Source of the DNA: a virus | Length of the DNA: 64,000 nt | Direction: 5' to 3' (one strand) | IMG/VR virus record: IMGVR_UViG_3300044716_001642 | Span: 70,418-134,417 of that record | Shown: piece by piece, positions 36,034-43,754 of the stretch | How the letters are laid out: each line of letters begins with the position of its first letter | Position numbering within the stretch: the first letter of the stretch is position 1 | Made by a program: the position numbers and the translations under genes | The notes under the pieces: generated by a model | Databases searched by the model: none | What the model saw: the letters and a program-made list of their open reading frames with translations, nothing else | Told to the model about the DNA's origin: nothing

Positions 36034-37029
36034 TTAAAATAGATCGGACTCGTCGAACGATTGGGAGTTTTTGCTGTATTCCACGGGTCGACCTGCAAAA
36101 AAATCTTGTTTTGAATTTGCCAAAAGCTGCTCATCAAACCAAACGGTTTTTTTTAACGCATCTTGATCAATGTCAAAGATTTTTTTAAATCCAATTTCTT
36201 TAAGAGCTTCGTTCATTCTATTCTTAATGAATTCCTTGAGAATTGGGGAGTTCAAATTCTCGTTTTTATAACCGTTTACAATCCATTCGATAATTTTACA
36301 CTCGTGCTCAATCGCTTCTGTTGCTTCTGAAATTATTTTGTTTTCAAGTTGTTCATCGAACAATTCTGGATATTCCTCGCGGATAACATTAACAATTTTC
36401 ATCCCAACCTTAGCGTGAAGATCCTCTTCTCTTGATGTATATTCAACCTGCTTGTTTGTGTCTTTTAAGAGATTTTTAAATTTGCCAAAATAGCCTATTG
36501 TATAAAACTGCGAAAACAAGGCTATATTTTCTACAAATAATGTAAAAAGAATTAACGAGTAAACAAATTGCTTTTTATTATCTTCATGAAATTTGCGAAG
36601 ATGTTTGCGAAGATAATTTACACGCCCCTTGATAATTGGTTCTTCTAAAATTCTATCAAATGAATCTTCAATTCCAAGAACCTCTAAAAGACGGGAATAT
36701 GATTGCCCATGTATAACTTCAACCGAACTCATTACATAACCCAAATCATTCAAGGCTGGATGGGGCAAATTATCACCGAGTTTAGCCCAAAACTTTTTAA
36801 CTGAAATTTCAAGTTGACCAATTGTAGAAAGCGAGCGGATAATAATCTCCCTCTCTTGTTCTGATAATTTTACTCTAAAATCCTGCAAATCGCTTTGAAA
36901 GTTAAACTCCGCATCTGTCCAAAATCCATTATGCATCGCAAGAATGAAGTCTTTTGTCCACGGATAGAAGTTTGGCTTAAGGGGGATAACTTCGTCAAAA
37001 ATTTTTACATCGTTTTTTGTCATATTCAT
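36034..37029 (-). CDS. nrdB: Ribonucleotide reductase class Ia beta subunit
   Basis: FWTDAEF, EVIHGQSYS, LFVENIALFSQF, REEDLH, DFFAGRPVEY. Confidence 0.95.
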   Translation of the reverse strand: MNMTKNDVKIFDEVIPLKPNFYPWTKDFILAMHNGFWTDAEFNFQSDLQDFRVKLSEQEREIIIRSLSTIGQLEISVKKFWAKLGDNLPHPALNDLGYVMSSVEVIHGQSYSRLLEVLGIEDSFDRILEEPIIKGRVNYLRKHLRKFHEDNKKQFVYSLILFTLFVENIALFSQFYTIGYFGKFKNLLKDTNKQVEYTSREEDLHAKVGMKIVNVIREEYPELFDEQLENKIISEATEAIEHECKIIEWIVNGYKNENLNSPILKEFIKNRMNEALKEIGFKKIFDIDQDALKKTVWFDEQLLANSKQDFFAGRPVEYSKNSQSFDESDLF

Positions 37030-37043
37030 TATTAGTGTATATG

Positions 37044-37072
37044 ATAATACAGTATTTTTTCCGCTAGATCAA
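37044..37072 (-). promoter_or_regulatory. Sigma70-like promoter TTGATC-N17-TATTAT (extended TG)
   Basis: Upstream of nrdB. Confidence 0.55.
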
Positions 37073-37131
37073 AGAAAAAATATTAAACTAAAGCAAATAA
37101 AATTTAAGCAAAAAAACAGGTGTATAGAAAA

Positions 37132-37530
37132 CTAATCAGAGAGAGATATGCCAAATTTTTTTAATTTATTATTGGCTTTTTCTAGTTTTTCTGATTTGAT
37201 TTCATTAGAGTGTTTTACACCATTGTCTTTTTGATAAGAGGAGTAAAAATTTTTGAGAACTGGATCGTTGCCAGCGCCACCTCGTTTTTCGCTCAATTCT
37301 TTGCTTTTGTTTATCAAGTCGCCTATTGTCCCCTTTTTGCTTCTTGTTTTTTCCGCAAAGTCTTTAGATGAAAAGGCGTCAAATTGAGAATCAATTGCCA
37401 TATTTGGGGTATAATATACTCTTGTATACTTTAATCCATTTTCGTCAGTATAAACATGATCATCATTCATTGACTGAATAACATCAATAATGTCTCCGGT
37501 ATTTGGATTTTCAAAAGTATATATTGGCAT
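37132..37530 (-). CDS. FmdB-like (zinc-ribbon family) protein lacking Cys ligands
   Basis: MPIYTFENPNTG N-terminus matches the MPxYxYxC..CG pattern without the cysteines. Confidence 0.6.
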   Translation of the reverse strand: MPIYTFENPNTGDIIDVIQSMNDDHVYTDENGLKYTRVYYTPNMAIDSQFDAFSSKDFAEKTRSKKGTIGDLINKSKELSEKRGGAGNDPVLKNFYSSYQKDNGVKHSNEIKSEKLEKANNKLKKFGISLSD

Positions 37531-37531
37531 T

Positions 37532-38626
37532 TTAATTAGATAAAATTTCTAATAGTCTATTTGCAGTCTTTTCCCATGTGAAGATTTTAGATAATTCTTC
37601 GCCAGCGTCATTATTTTTATTTTTTTCGAACCTTTTTTCGGCTTCTTCACATGCAGAAATAAATTCATCGTCATTCCAGTCGAAATAATTTCCTTGATTG
37701 AAATCCATTCCCTCTTTAAAGAATACTCCGTCGTAACATGGAATTTTTGCAGATGGGTTCACTAGAACTGAATTTTCTTTATTAGCCCAATCCTTATAAG
37801 AGTGAGCATTTAGTACTACAGCATGCTTGCCAAGGCAGAGACTTTGGAACTCTGGGAGCCCCCATCCCTCTCCTGCTGACATTCCTATAATTATGTCGTT
37901 GCTATTGAGGTAATCATTATATAAATAATTTGTTGGCATAAAATCCAAGAAATTAATATTAAAATAACTCTTTCCTTCCAAAACACCATTTATGGCAGAT
38001 GATTGTTGCTCTGGTGTTAAAAATGGATTTTTAATAGCACAATTCAACATATACCTTGGATTGTTGCCATATCTCTTAGCCCAAGCGGAAAGAACCTTGT
38101 GGTGCTGTTTTCTTTTTTCTAGTTTGCCTGCCAAGCCAAAAATAATTTTATCTTGCTTGTTTTTTATTTCTTTTTTAAAGAAGCTGGATGAATCAAAGCC
38201 AAGTGGGCAGTACTCAATGTTATTACAGCCAATTTGATTGAAAATATCTTTGGCATACGTCGAAGAAACGATTACCCTCTTTTGATTGTTGATAATATTC
38301 AACTCTGTTTGAGTTGGACTGTCAAGCTCGTAGAAGGTAAAAAGAAATTGATCTTTTGAATAAGAATTTAAAGAACCATTCAAGTGCCAAAGTTTAAGAA
38401 CTGGATTATCTCTTTTGTGCTTCTTCTGCGAGTTTGAAGCACAAGATTTAAGCCAATCTAAAAATTCCGGAGTCAAGTTTCCCTCAAAAGAAGAAAGATC
38501 TGCCTTTTCTCCAATAAGAAAAATTGTTGGGTTTATTTTTTTATTATAAAGTTCTTTCAGAAGATTGACTGAACAATTTCCAAAAGATAAATTGTTTACC
38601 GGAATTTCTAGACTGATTTCTTGCAT
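37532..38626 (-). CDS. GT4-like glycosyltransferase
   Basis: CPLGFD, GKLEKRK, GMSAGEGWGLPEFQSLCLGK, FTWEKTA. Confidence 0.85.
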   Translation of the reverse strand: MQEISLEIPVNNLSFGNCSVNLLKELYNKKINPTIFLIGEKADLSSFEGNLTPEFLDWLKSCASNSQKKHKRDNPVLKLWHLNGSLNSYSKDQFLFTFYELDSPTQTELNIINNQKRVIVSSTYAKDIFNQIGCNNIEYCPLGFDSSSFFKKEIKNKQDKIIFGLAGKLEKRKQHHKVLSAWAKRYGNNPRYMLNCAIKNPFLTPEQQSSAINGVLEGKSYFNINFLDFMPTNYLYNDYLNSNDIIIGMSAGEGWGLPEFQSLCLGKHAVVLNAHSYKDWANKENSVLVNPSAKIPCYDGVFFKEGMDFNQGNYFDWNDDEFISACEEAEKRFEKNKNNDAGEELSKIFTWEKTANRLLEILSN

Positions 38627-38629
38627 ATA

Positions 38630-38947
38630 TTAAAACGGAATATCGTCTGATTGCAATTCTTGAGTCTCTACATCAGAGTTTTTTGTATTTTTTCCCGATG
38701 GTTGGGCGGATGAAGCTGGAGCCTCAGACAGGTAGATTCGATAATCTGGAGAACTTTCGCCTGGCTTCTTGTAGTTGTTCTTAAAAACTACTACGTTAAT
38801 TTTATTTTTATTTTCGTCAAGAACGTATCCGGACAAAAAATCTGCACCAGCCTTGGACTTCTTAAGCCAAAGAGCGCCCCTTTCGGAATCGCGTGAATTT
38901 TTTGATGCTTGGGTGTTTGTGTTGCTCGTTTGTGTATCTGTGTTCAT
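38630..38947 (-). CDS. Putative ssDNA-binding protein (DUF736-like with SSB-type acidic tip)
   Basis: GALWLKKSKAG.DFLSG, VVVFKN...PDYRIY; disordered linker ending DDIPF. Confidence 0.6.
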   Translation of the reverse strand: MNTDTQTSNTNTQASKNSRDSERGALWLKKSKAGADFLSGYVLDENKNKINVVVFKNNYKKPGESSPDYRIYLSEAPASSAQPSGKNTKNSDVETQELQSDDIPF

Positions 38948-38983
38948 TTTTATATGTGTTAGAATTTTAATATATCTATTTTT

Positions 38984-39604
38984 TTAGTTTAAGTCAAATA
39001 TTATTTTTCTATTCTTGCATTTTTGTTTTATTATTTTAATAAATTTATTATGCCAATTTATAACGGTTTGAACAGTCACATGCATTTTTTCGGCGATTTG
39101 AGTATAGCTTTTATGATTTCCATCTTCTGAAAAATATTTTATTTGAATACATTGTTTGATTTTTTTATCAGAAAGACTAGAAAGTGTTTCTTTTACAATT
39201 TCAAGCACCTCGTTTGATTTTTCAACAGTTTTTTCTTCATTTTTAAATTCCTGGTCTTTTCCCTCTATCAAAGAGTTTAGAGTTTCGGTTTCAAATGGAA
39301 TTAACTTGCCACTTTTATTTATGGCGTTCAAGCAAAAGTATCTTGTTTGATTCGCAAGCCAGGTTGAAAATTTACTTCCTCGGGAAGGATCATAGGTTTT
39401 TGCAGAATTGTAAATAATATAATCTTTGCTTGAAATAATGTCATCGGAAACGAAGCCAGACACGTTTGGCATATTTATATATTTTTTATAAACATCTACG
39501 CATATGCCGCTGTGTTTTTCAATTAGGGTTTTGATTGAATCATCATCCCCATTTTTTGCCATATTGATAATATTGATCTCTTCGAGTTGATTTGAATCTT
39601 GCAT
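38984..39604 (-). CDS. Phage sigma-70-family RNA polymerase sigma factor
   Basis: Region 2 YDPSRGSKFSTWLANQTRY; region 4 HTH SYTQIAEKMHVTVQTVINWH. Confidence 0.85.
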   Translation of the reverse strand: MQDSNQLEEINIINMAKNGDDDSIKTLIEKHSGICVDVYKKYINMPNVSGFVSDDIISSKDYIIYNSAKTYDPSRGSKFSTWLANQTRYFCLNAINKSGKLIPFETETLNSLIEGKDQEFKNEEKTVEKSNEVLEIVKETLSSLSDKKIKQCIQIKYFSEDGNHKSYTQIAEKMHVTVQTVINWHNKFIKIIKQKCKNRKIIFDLN

Positions 39605-39607
39605 ATT

Positions 39608-40291
39608 TTATACAATTTTGGAATAAATAAAATCTAAGCACTGCTTGCTTTGTAGATTCAATTCATTTTTGTTATCGTTGGTATCCCAAGTAAGTTCAAA
39701 GTCTGCTATTCGAGAAATTCTTGGTAAATTTTCAAGTTCTGATTCGTGCGCCGCAGTGTTTAGCATGCCGTTCTCCATAATTCTTGAAATTGTAATTATG
39801 GCATTATTCTCATAAGATCTTATGAAGTCGGTTTCATCGAACTCGTATTCTTTAAACCTTAAATCAGAAATTATAGCTACATTTCCACCCTTTTTAAAAA
39901 AAAGGTCAATTTCGGGTTTTAGCTTATTAAGCCAATAGGTTCCATTAGAGGCGGACCTTTGAACTTGCCCGTAAGAAATTAACATTGGACGAATTTTTGA
40001 TTTCAAGCTAGTCTCTTCACAGAATGCAGAAATACCTATTTTTGATAGGCAAAAATTATCAATGTCGTTTTTCAGCGCGAAAGCGAAAGAAAAAATCTTT
40101 GTGTTTATTTTATTTTCAACAAATGATGATTTCAGTATATTGGCAAGGGTGTCCTTTCCTGACCTGGCATATCCAGAAATTCCTATGACTATTTTTTTGT
40201 TTTCTATATTCAACATAGATTGATGATCTATGTAATCACGTTTTTTACCATATGTCAATACAATTACAGGCTTTGATTTATTAAGGGCCAT
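39608..40291 (-). CDS. Deoxynucleoside monophosphate kinase-like P-loop protein
   Basis: IGISGYARSGKDT, SFAFALK, IISDLRF, HESE. The start may be at 40216 (MLNIENKK). Confidence 0.8.
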   Translation of the reverse strand: MALNKSKPVIVLTYGKKRDYIDHQSMLNIENKKIVIGISGYARSGKDTLANILKSSFVENKINTKIFSFAFALKNDIDNFCLSKIGISAFCEETSLKSKIRPMLISYGQVQRSASNGTYWLNKLKPEIDLFFKKGGNVAIISDLRFKEYEFDETDFIRSYENNAIITISRIMENGMLNTAAHESELENLPRISRIADFELTWDTNDNKNELNLQSKQCLDFIYSKIV

Positions 40292-40473
40292 ACTCGGGCG
40301 TACACTGTGTTTTTACGTTTCCAATTGGCACTTGAGATAAACTTGCATTCGTATTTTTGTTCTACCCAGTCAGAAAACTTAGCATACTAAAAATCCGAGC
40401 TGCGCTTCGCTTGCTAGTTTACTTTTTAAAAATTAATTTTAAATGGTAGCCGTTAGGCACGGGGAATGACGTT

Positions 40474-40502
40474 ATTCTACTTGATTTTGGGGCCAGAGTC
40501 AA
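40474..40502 (-). promoter_or_regulatory. Strong sigma70-like promoter TTGACT-N17-TAGAAT
   Basis: Near-consensus in both boxes; heads the long minus-strand replication/metabolism run. Confidence 0.7.
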
Positions 40503-40553
40503 GATATTTTTTTAATAAATAGAAAATGGGCAGTATAATATTATACAACATAT

Positions 40554-40952
40554 ATGCAAGAATTTTATATTTCACAGTTGTTTTTATCTATATCAATAGG
40601 ATGCGTTGTATTTTTAGTGCAGCAAACAGATTTTGTGTACGAATACTGCTCAATGCTTTTGAGAATTCTAAGATTAAAGAAGATTTCAGCATTTTTAAAA
40701 TTTGACCAATACGAAAATTCGAACAGCTTTGAAAACTACATAATGTTTATTGGCGCGGTTTGTGGTGTCAAAAAAAATATAGTAGGGTTTGCCTCGAGAC
40801 TGGTTACTTGCTTTCTATGCTTAAATTGCTTCTTTTCATTTTTAGCTGGACTATTGATTACAAAAAACATAATGCTTATCATGCCGAGTTTTTTAATTTC
40901 TGTTGTGGTATTTTATATTCTTTTCTTGATTAAGAGGTCGGTTTTTAAATAA
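40554..40952 (+). CDS. Putative membrane protein (132 aa)
   Basis: Hydrophobic segments; LVTCFLCLNCFF. Confidence 0.7.
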   Translation: MQEFYISQLFLSISIGCVVFLVQQTDFVYEYCSMLLRILRLKKISAFLKFDQYENSNSFENYIMFIGAVCGVKKNIVGFASRLVTCFLCLNCFFSFLAGLLITKNIMLIMPSFLISVVVFYILFLIKRSVFK

Positions 40953-40994
40953 AAAGTGTAAATTATTGAAACAAATAAAGAAAAAAGTAAAATC

Positions 40995-41612
40995 ATGCCT
41001 CTTGTAAAACCAAAAAACAAAGAAAAAAAGAGTGAATTTGTATCTCGCTGTATTGGAGATACGCAAAGCAATAAAGATTTTCCTGATCAAAAACAAAGAA
41101 TTGCTGTTTGTTATTCTCAATGGGATAAGGCTAAGAAGGACGCTTCCGCTTCTGTTGAGTTGAACGACGATGAGTTTTTGGTTTTCGCAGAGTCGGAGTG
41201 TCCAGAATGCGACGAGACGGTAACAGCAAATGAGGAAGAGCTTACATTGGAAAATTTATATATTCCAACCGCTGAAGAATATCTTAGTGCTGAAGAAATT
41301 GATCTCGAAAAATCCGAATTTACTGAACTCAATGTAGACGAATATTTTAATATTGAAGTCGCAAACGCCGCAGAATATCAAGGCAGAAAAGTCACACTAA
41401 ATAAACCATTTAGAACCCCAGATGGTCCAAAAAAATCTGCTGTATATGTAAAAAATCAAAGTGGAAAAGTTATCATTGTAAGATTCGGTGATAAAAATAT
41501 GTCTATTAAGAAGAATATTCCAGCAAGAAGAAAAAGTTTTCGCGCCAGACATAAATGCGATCAGGCGAAAGATAAAACAACTCCAAGATATTGGGCCTGC
41601 AAAAGTTGGTAA
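40995..41612 (+). CDS. Conserved phage protein (acidic middle, basic C-terminal ...RRKSFRARHKC...YWAC..W domain)
   Basis: Both terminal segments resemble modules I recognise from uncultured aquatic phages; function unknown. Confidence 0.75.
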   Translation: MPLVKPKNKEKKSEFVSRCIGDTQSNKDFPDQKQRIAVCYSQWDKAKKDASASVELNDDEFLVFAESECPECDETVTANEEELTLENLYIPTAEEYLSAEEIDLEKSEFTELNVDEYFNIEVANAAEYQGRKVTLNKPFRTPDGPKKSAVYVKNQSGKVIIVRFGDKNMSIKKNIPARRKSFRARHKCDQAKDKTTPRYWACKSW

Positions 41613-41632
41613 AATCAAAATATAATAAAATC

Positions 41633-42106
41633 ATGAATAAGAACTTCTCAAAAACAAAAGAAAATGGAATTGACACATTTGTAGTGTCTTTCAATAAAAA
41701 AGAAAATATTGTTAAGTCTTCAGAAGACGAAACTCCAGAACAAGAGCTGATGGATTTGAAAGAGGATTTATCTGAAATGGTGATCGGATCACTTGTAGCG
41801 GTCAAGTCACTTTCTGAAAATATATTAAACAATCTCTCGAATGAATCTGTCATGGAAAACCTGTCAGAACCGTTTTTACAACAAATGGCTTCTCTGGCTG
41901 AGGGCTATGTTACAACTATTCATAATTATTGTATGTTTAGCCAAGAGCCGCCAGAAGAAATGGAAGAGGCTGAAGCTGCAAAAAGAAGGGGTTTATGGGA
42001 CAACATCAGGGATAAAAAGAAAAGAATGGGTAAAAATTACAAGCCCGCAAAACCAGGCTCACCAGACAGACCTTCTCAAGATTCTTGGAAAAAAGCACAA
42101 GGATAA
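41633..42106 (+). CDS. Hypothetical protein (acidic, basic C-terminal GLWDNIRDKKKR module)
   Basis: Probable start MNKNFSK at 41633, after the stop of the upstream gene. Confidence 0.7.
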   Translation: MNKNFSKTKENGIDTFVVSFNKKENIVKSSEDETPEQELMDLKEDLSEMVIGSLVAVKSLSENILNNLSNESVMENLSEPFLQQMASLAEGYVTTIHNYCMFSQEPPEEMEEAEAAKRRGLWDNIRDKKKRMGKNYKPAKPGSPDRPSQDSWKKAQG

Positions 42107-42110
42107 AAAA

Positions 42111-42626
42111 TTACATTTCAAATGTAGCCTTTCCAGCTTGCCCATTTATAACCACGTAAAGTAACGTAATGTCCCTCCATGCCGATTGTCTTATTTGCCA
42201 ACTTGGAGACGAAACTGTACCACTATTCCAAATGTATCCAAGAACATGCGCGAAATTGGTTTGTTTGCCATCTCCATTAAAACTTAATCTAGCAATATAT
42301 TGTAAATCATCTTGATCATTTTTTATTTCTATTTTAGTAATTTCCCCGCTTCCTGGATCGACGGTTCCCCATAAAAATATATATCCCTCTTGCGGCGTTT
42401 TCCATCCAGGATCATTCTGATTATCTGATACTTCAACTAATCCTGATACTGTAATTTTATCAAAATTATAACCGTCATACACATCGCTTTTATATTCTAC
42501 TCCAAATTTTTTCTCATCTGGAGACAAAAATATTTCCCATGGGTGCCTTAGTTCATTTTCCACAGACGCACTTCTTGCAAATCGATTTGTTATACTGGAA
42601 CCGCCACTTGAAAATTTTAAAGACAT
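42111..42626 (-). CDS. Putative tail/structural protein (171 aa)
   Basis: Last gene of the tail operon; beta-rich. Confidence 0.6.
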   Translation of the reverse strand: MSLKFSSGGSSITNRFARSASVENELRHPWEIFLSPDEKKFGVEYKSDVYDGYNFDKITVSGLVEVSDNQNDPGWKTPQEGYIFLWGTVDPGSGEITKIEIKNDQDDLQYIARLSFNGDGKQTNFAHVLGYIWNSGTVSSPSWQIRQSAWRDITLLYVVINGQAGKATFEM

Positions 42627-42630
42627 AAAA

Positions 42631-43752
42631 TTAGTTTGTTAATATTTCTGAAAATAAAAAAGTTTCATCTATTCCGCTAATTGTATATTTTACACTATTA
42701 TAATGAATTCCACTTTTATTATCATATAAAATATCGAATTTGGTTTTAAAAATATCAGAGCCAGAACATCCAGCTCCAGATAAATAACCTGTTCCTACAT
42801 ATGCGGATTTAAGTAGATTGTAGGATATTAAAGATGGCGAATAATTACCATTATCATATCCGCTATTGATTATAAAACTTTCAGCGAAAGTATAATATGG
42901 GTCCCTCCAATTTATCTGTTCAAGCTTAAACTCAAACCTTGTTCCACTACACGCCTGTCTTTTTAGCGAATATGTCCAAAAATTACCAGTTAACAAGTCG
43001 CCAGATGCAATTAAATCAAGATCAATATTGTATTCAGGAGAACTTTTCAAATCAATATAAATAGGCAACGATGCCGTGCCGAAATTTGTCTGCAGCAATA
43101 AATCTCCACTAATTGGTAGAGCCTGCTTGTTTTCATCTATCTTGAAAGCTGAATTACCCCCGAAGCTTAGACTAATCTGACCAGAATTATTCGGTTTTAT
43201 TTTTAATCCTGTCAAATTGGATGATAAAGAATAATCATCACCGTCTGGAAAATTAACATTAGAAGAAAAAATTTTAAAACTCTGATAAGAAGACGCAGAA
43301 TTGTTTTTTAAGAAACCCGTTACATTAGATCCGGTAAGAAATTTATTATTAAAATGAAGAGAATAAGAAGGAACTTGATCACTCCAAATATCTGCAGAAA
43401 AATCTAGCGCCGCGCCAGTTGTTGAAAAAAATAAATTTTCAAAAGAAAAATTAGACGGAGACAAATTAGAGTTTAAAGAAATAGGTTTATTCCTTATATA
43501 ATAACCAAAATTACCACTGCATAAATTTCCAGAAACATTAAAAATTTCATTTGGAGAGTATGAACTTACAAATCTATTTTTACAATCAAATATTTTTCCA
43601 CTATTGAAACTAAACAAATCAAATACGCCAAGCTCTCCCGATACGCCAATTCTTGACCTCCCAGAGGAATTAGAAATGCTAATATCCGAATCGAAAGAAA
43701 AGCAAGATTGCTCTGCAAAACTTTTAAACATTGATCCACTTGTTAAAAACAT
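42631..43752 (-). CDS. Putative tail/structural protein (373 aa)
   Basis: Ser/Gly/Asn/Phe-rich, SG repeats, tail operon context. Confidence 0.6.
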   Translation of the reverse strand: MFLTSGSMFKSFAEQSCFSFDSDISISNSSGRSRIGVSGELGVFDLFSFNSGKIFDCKNRFVSSYSPNEIFNVSGNLCSGNFGYYIRNKPISLNSNLSPSNFSFENLFFSTTGAALDFSADIWSDQVPSYSLHFNNKFLTGSNVTGFLKNNSASSYQSFKIFSSNVNFPDGDDYSLSSNLTGLKIKPNNSGQISLSFGGNSAFKIDENKQALPISGDLLLQTNFGTASLPIYIDLKSSPEYNIDLDLIASGDLLTGNFWTYSLKRQACSGTRFEFKLEQINWRDPYYTFAESFIINSGYDNGNYSPSLISYNLLKSAYVGTGYLSGAGCSGSDIFKTKFDILYDNKSGIHYNSVKYTISGIDETFLFSEILTN

Positions 43753-43754
43753 AA

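Noticed and set aside
40264-40386. 40-codon stop-free stretch (YAKFSDWVEQKY...) that might suggest TAG recoding
   Set aside because: It has no start codon, and TAG clearly terminates real genes elsewhere (e.g. 19090-19092, 28001-28003), so the standard code applies.
7682-40458. Shared 9-mer CCGTTAGGC in the tmRNA (about 7683-7691) and in the 40450 leader
   Set aside because: Too short to distinguish from chance in 64 kb.
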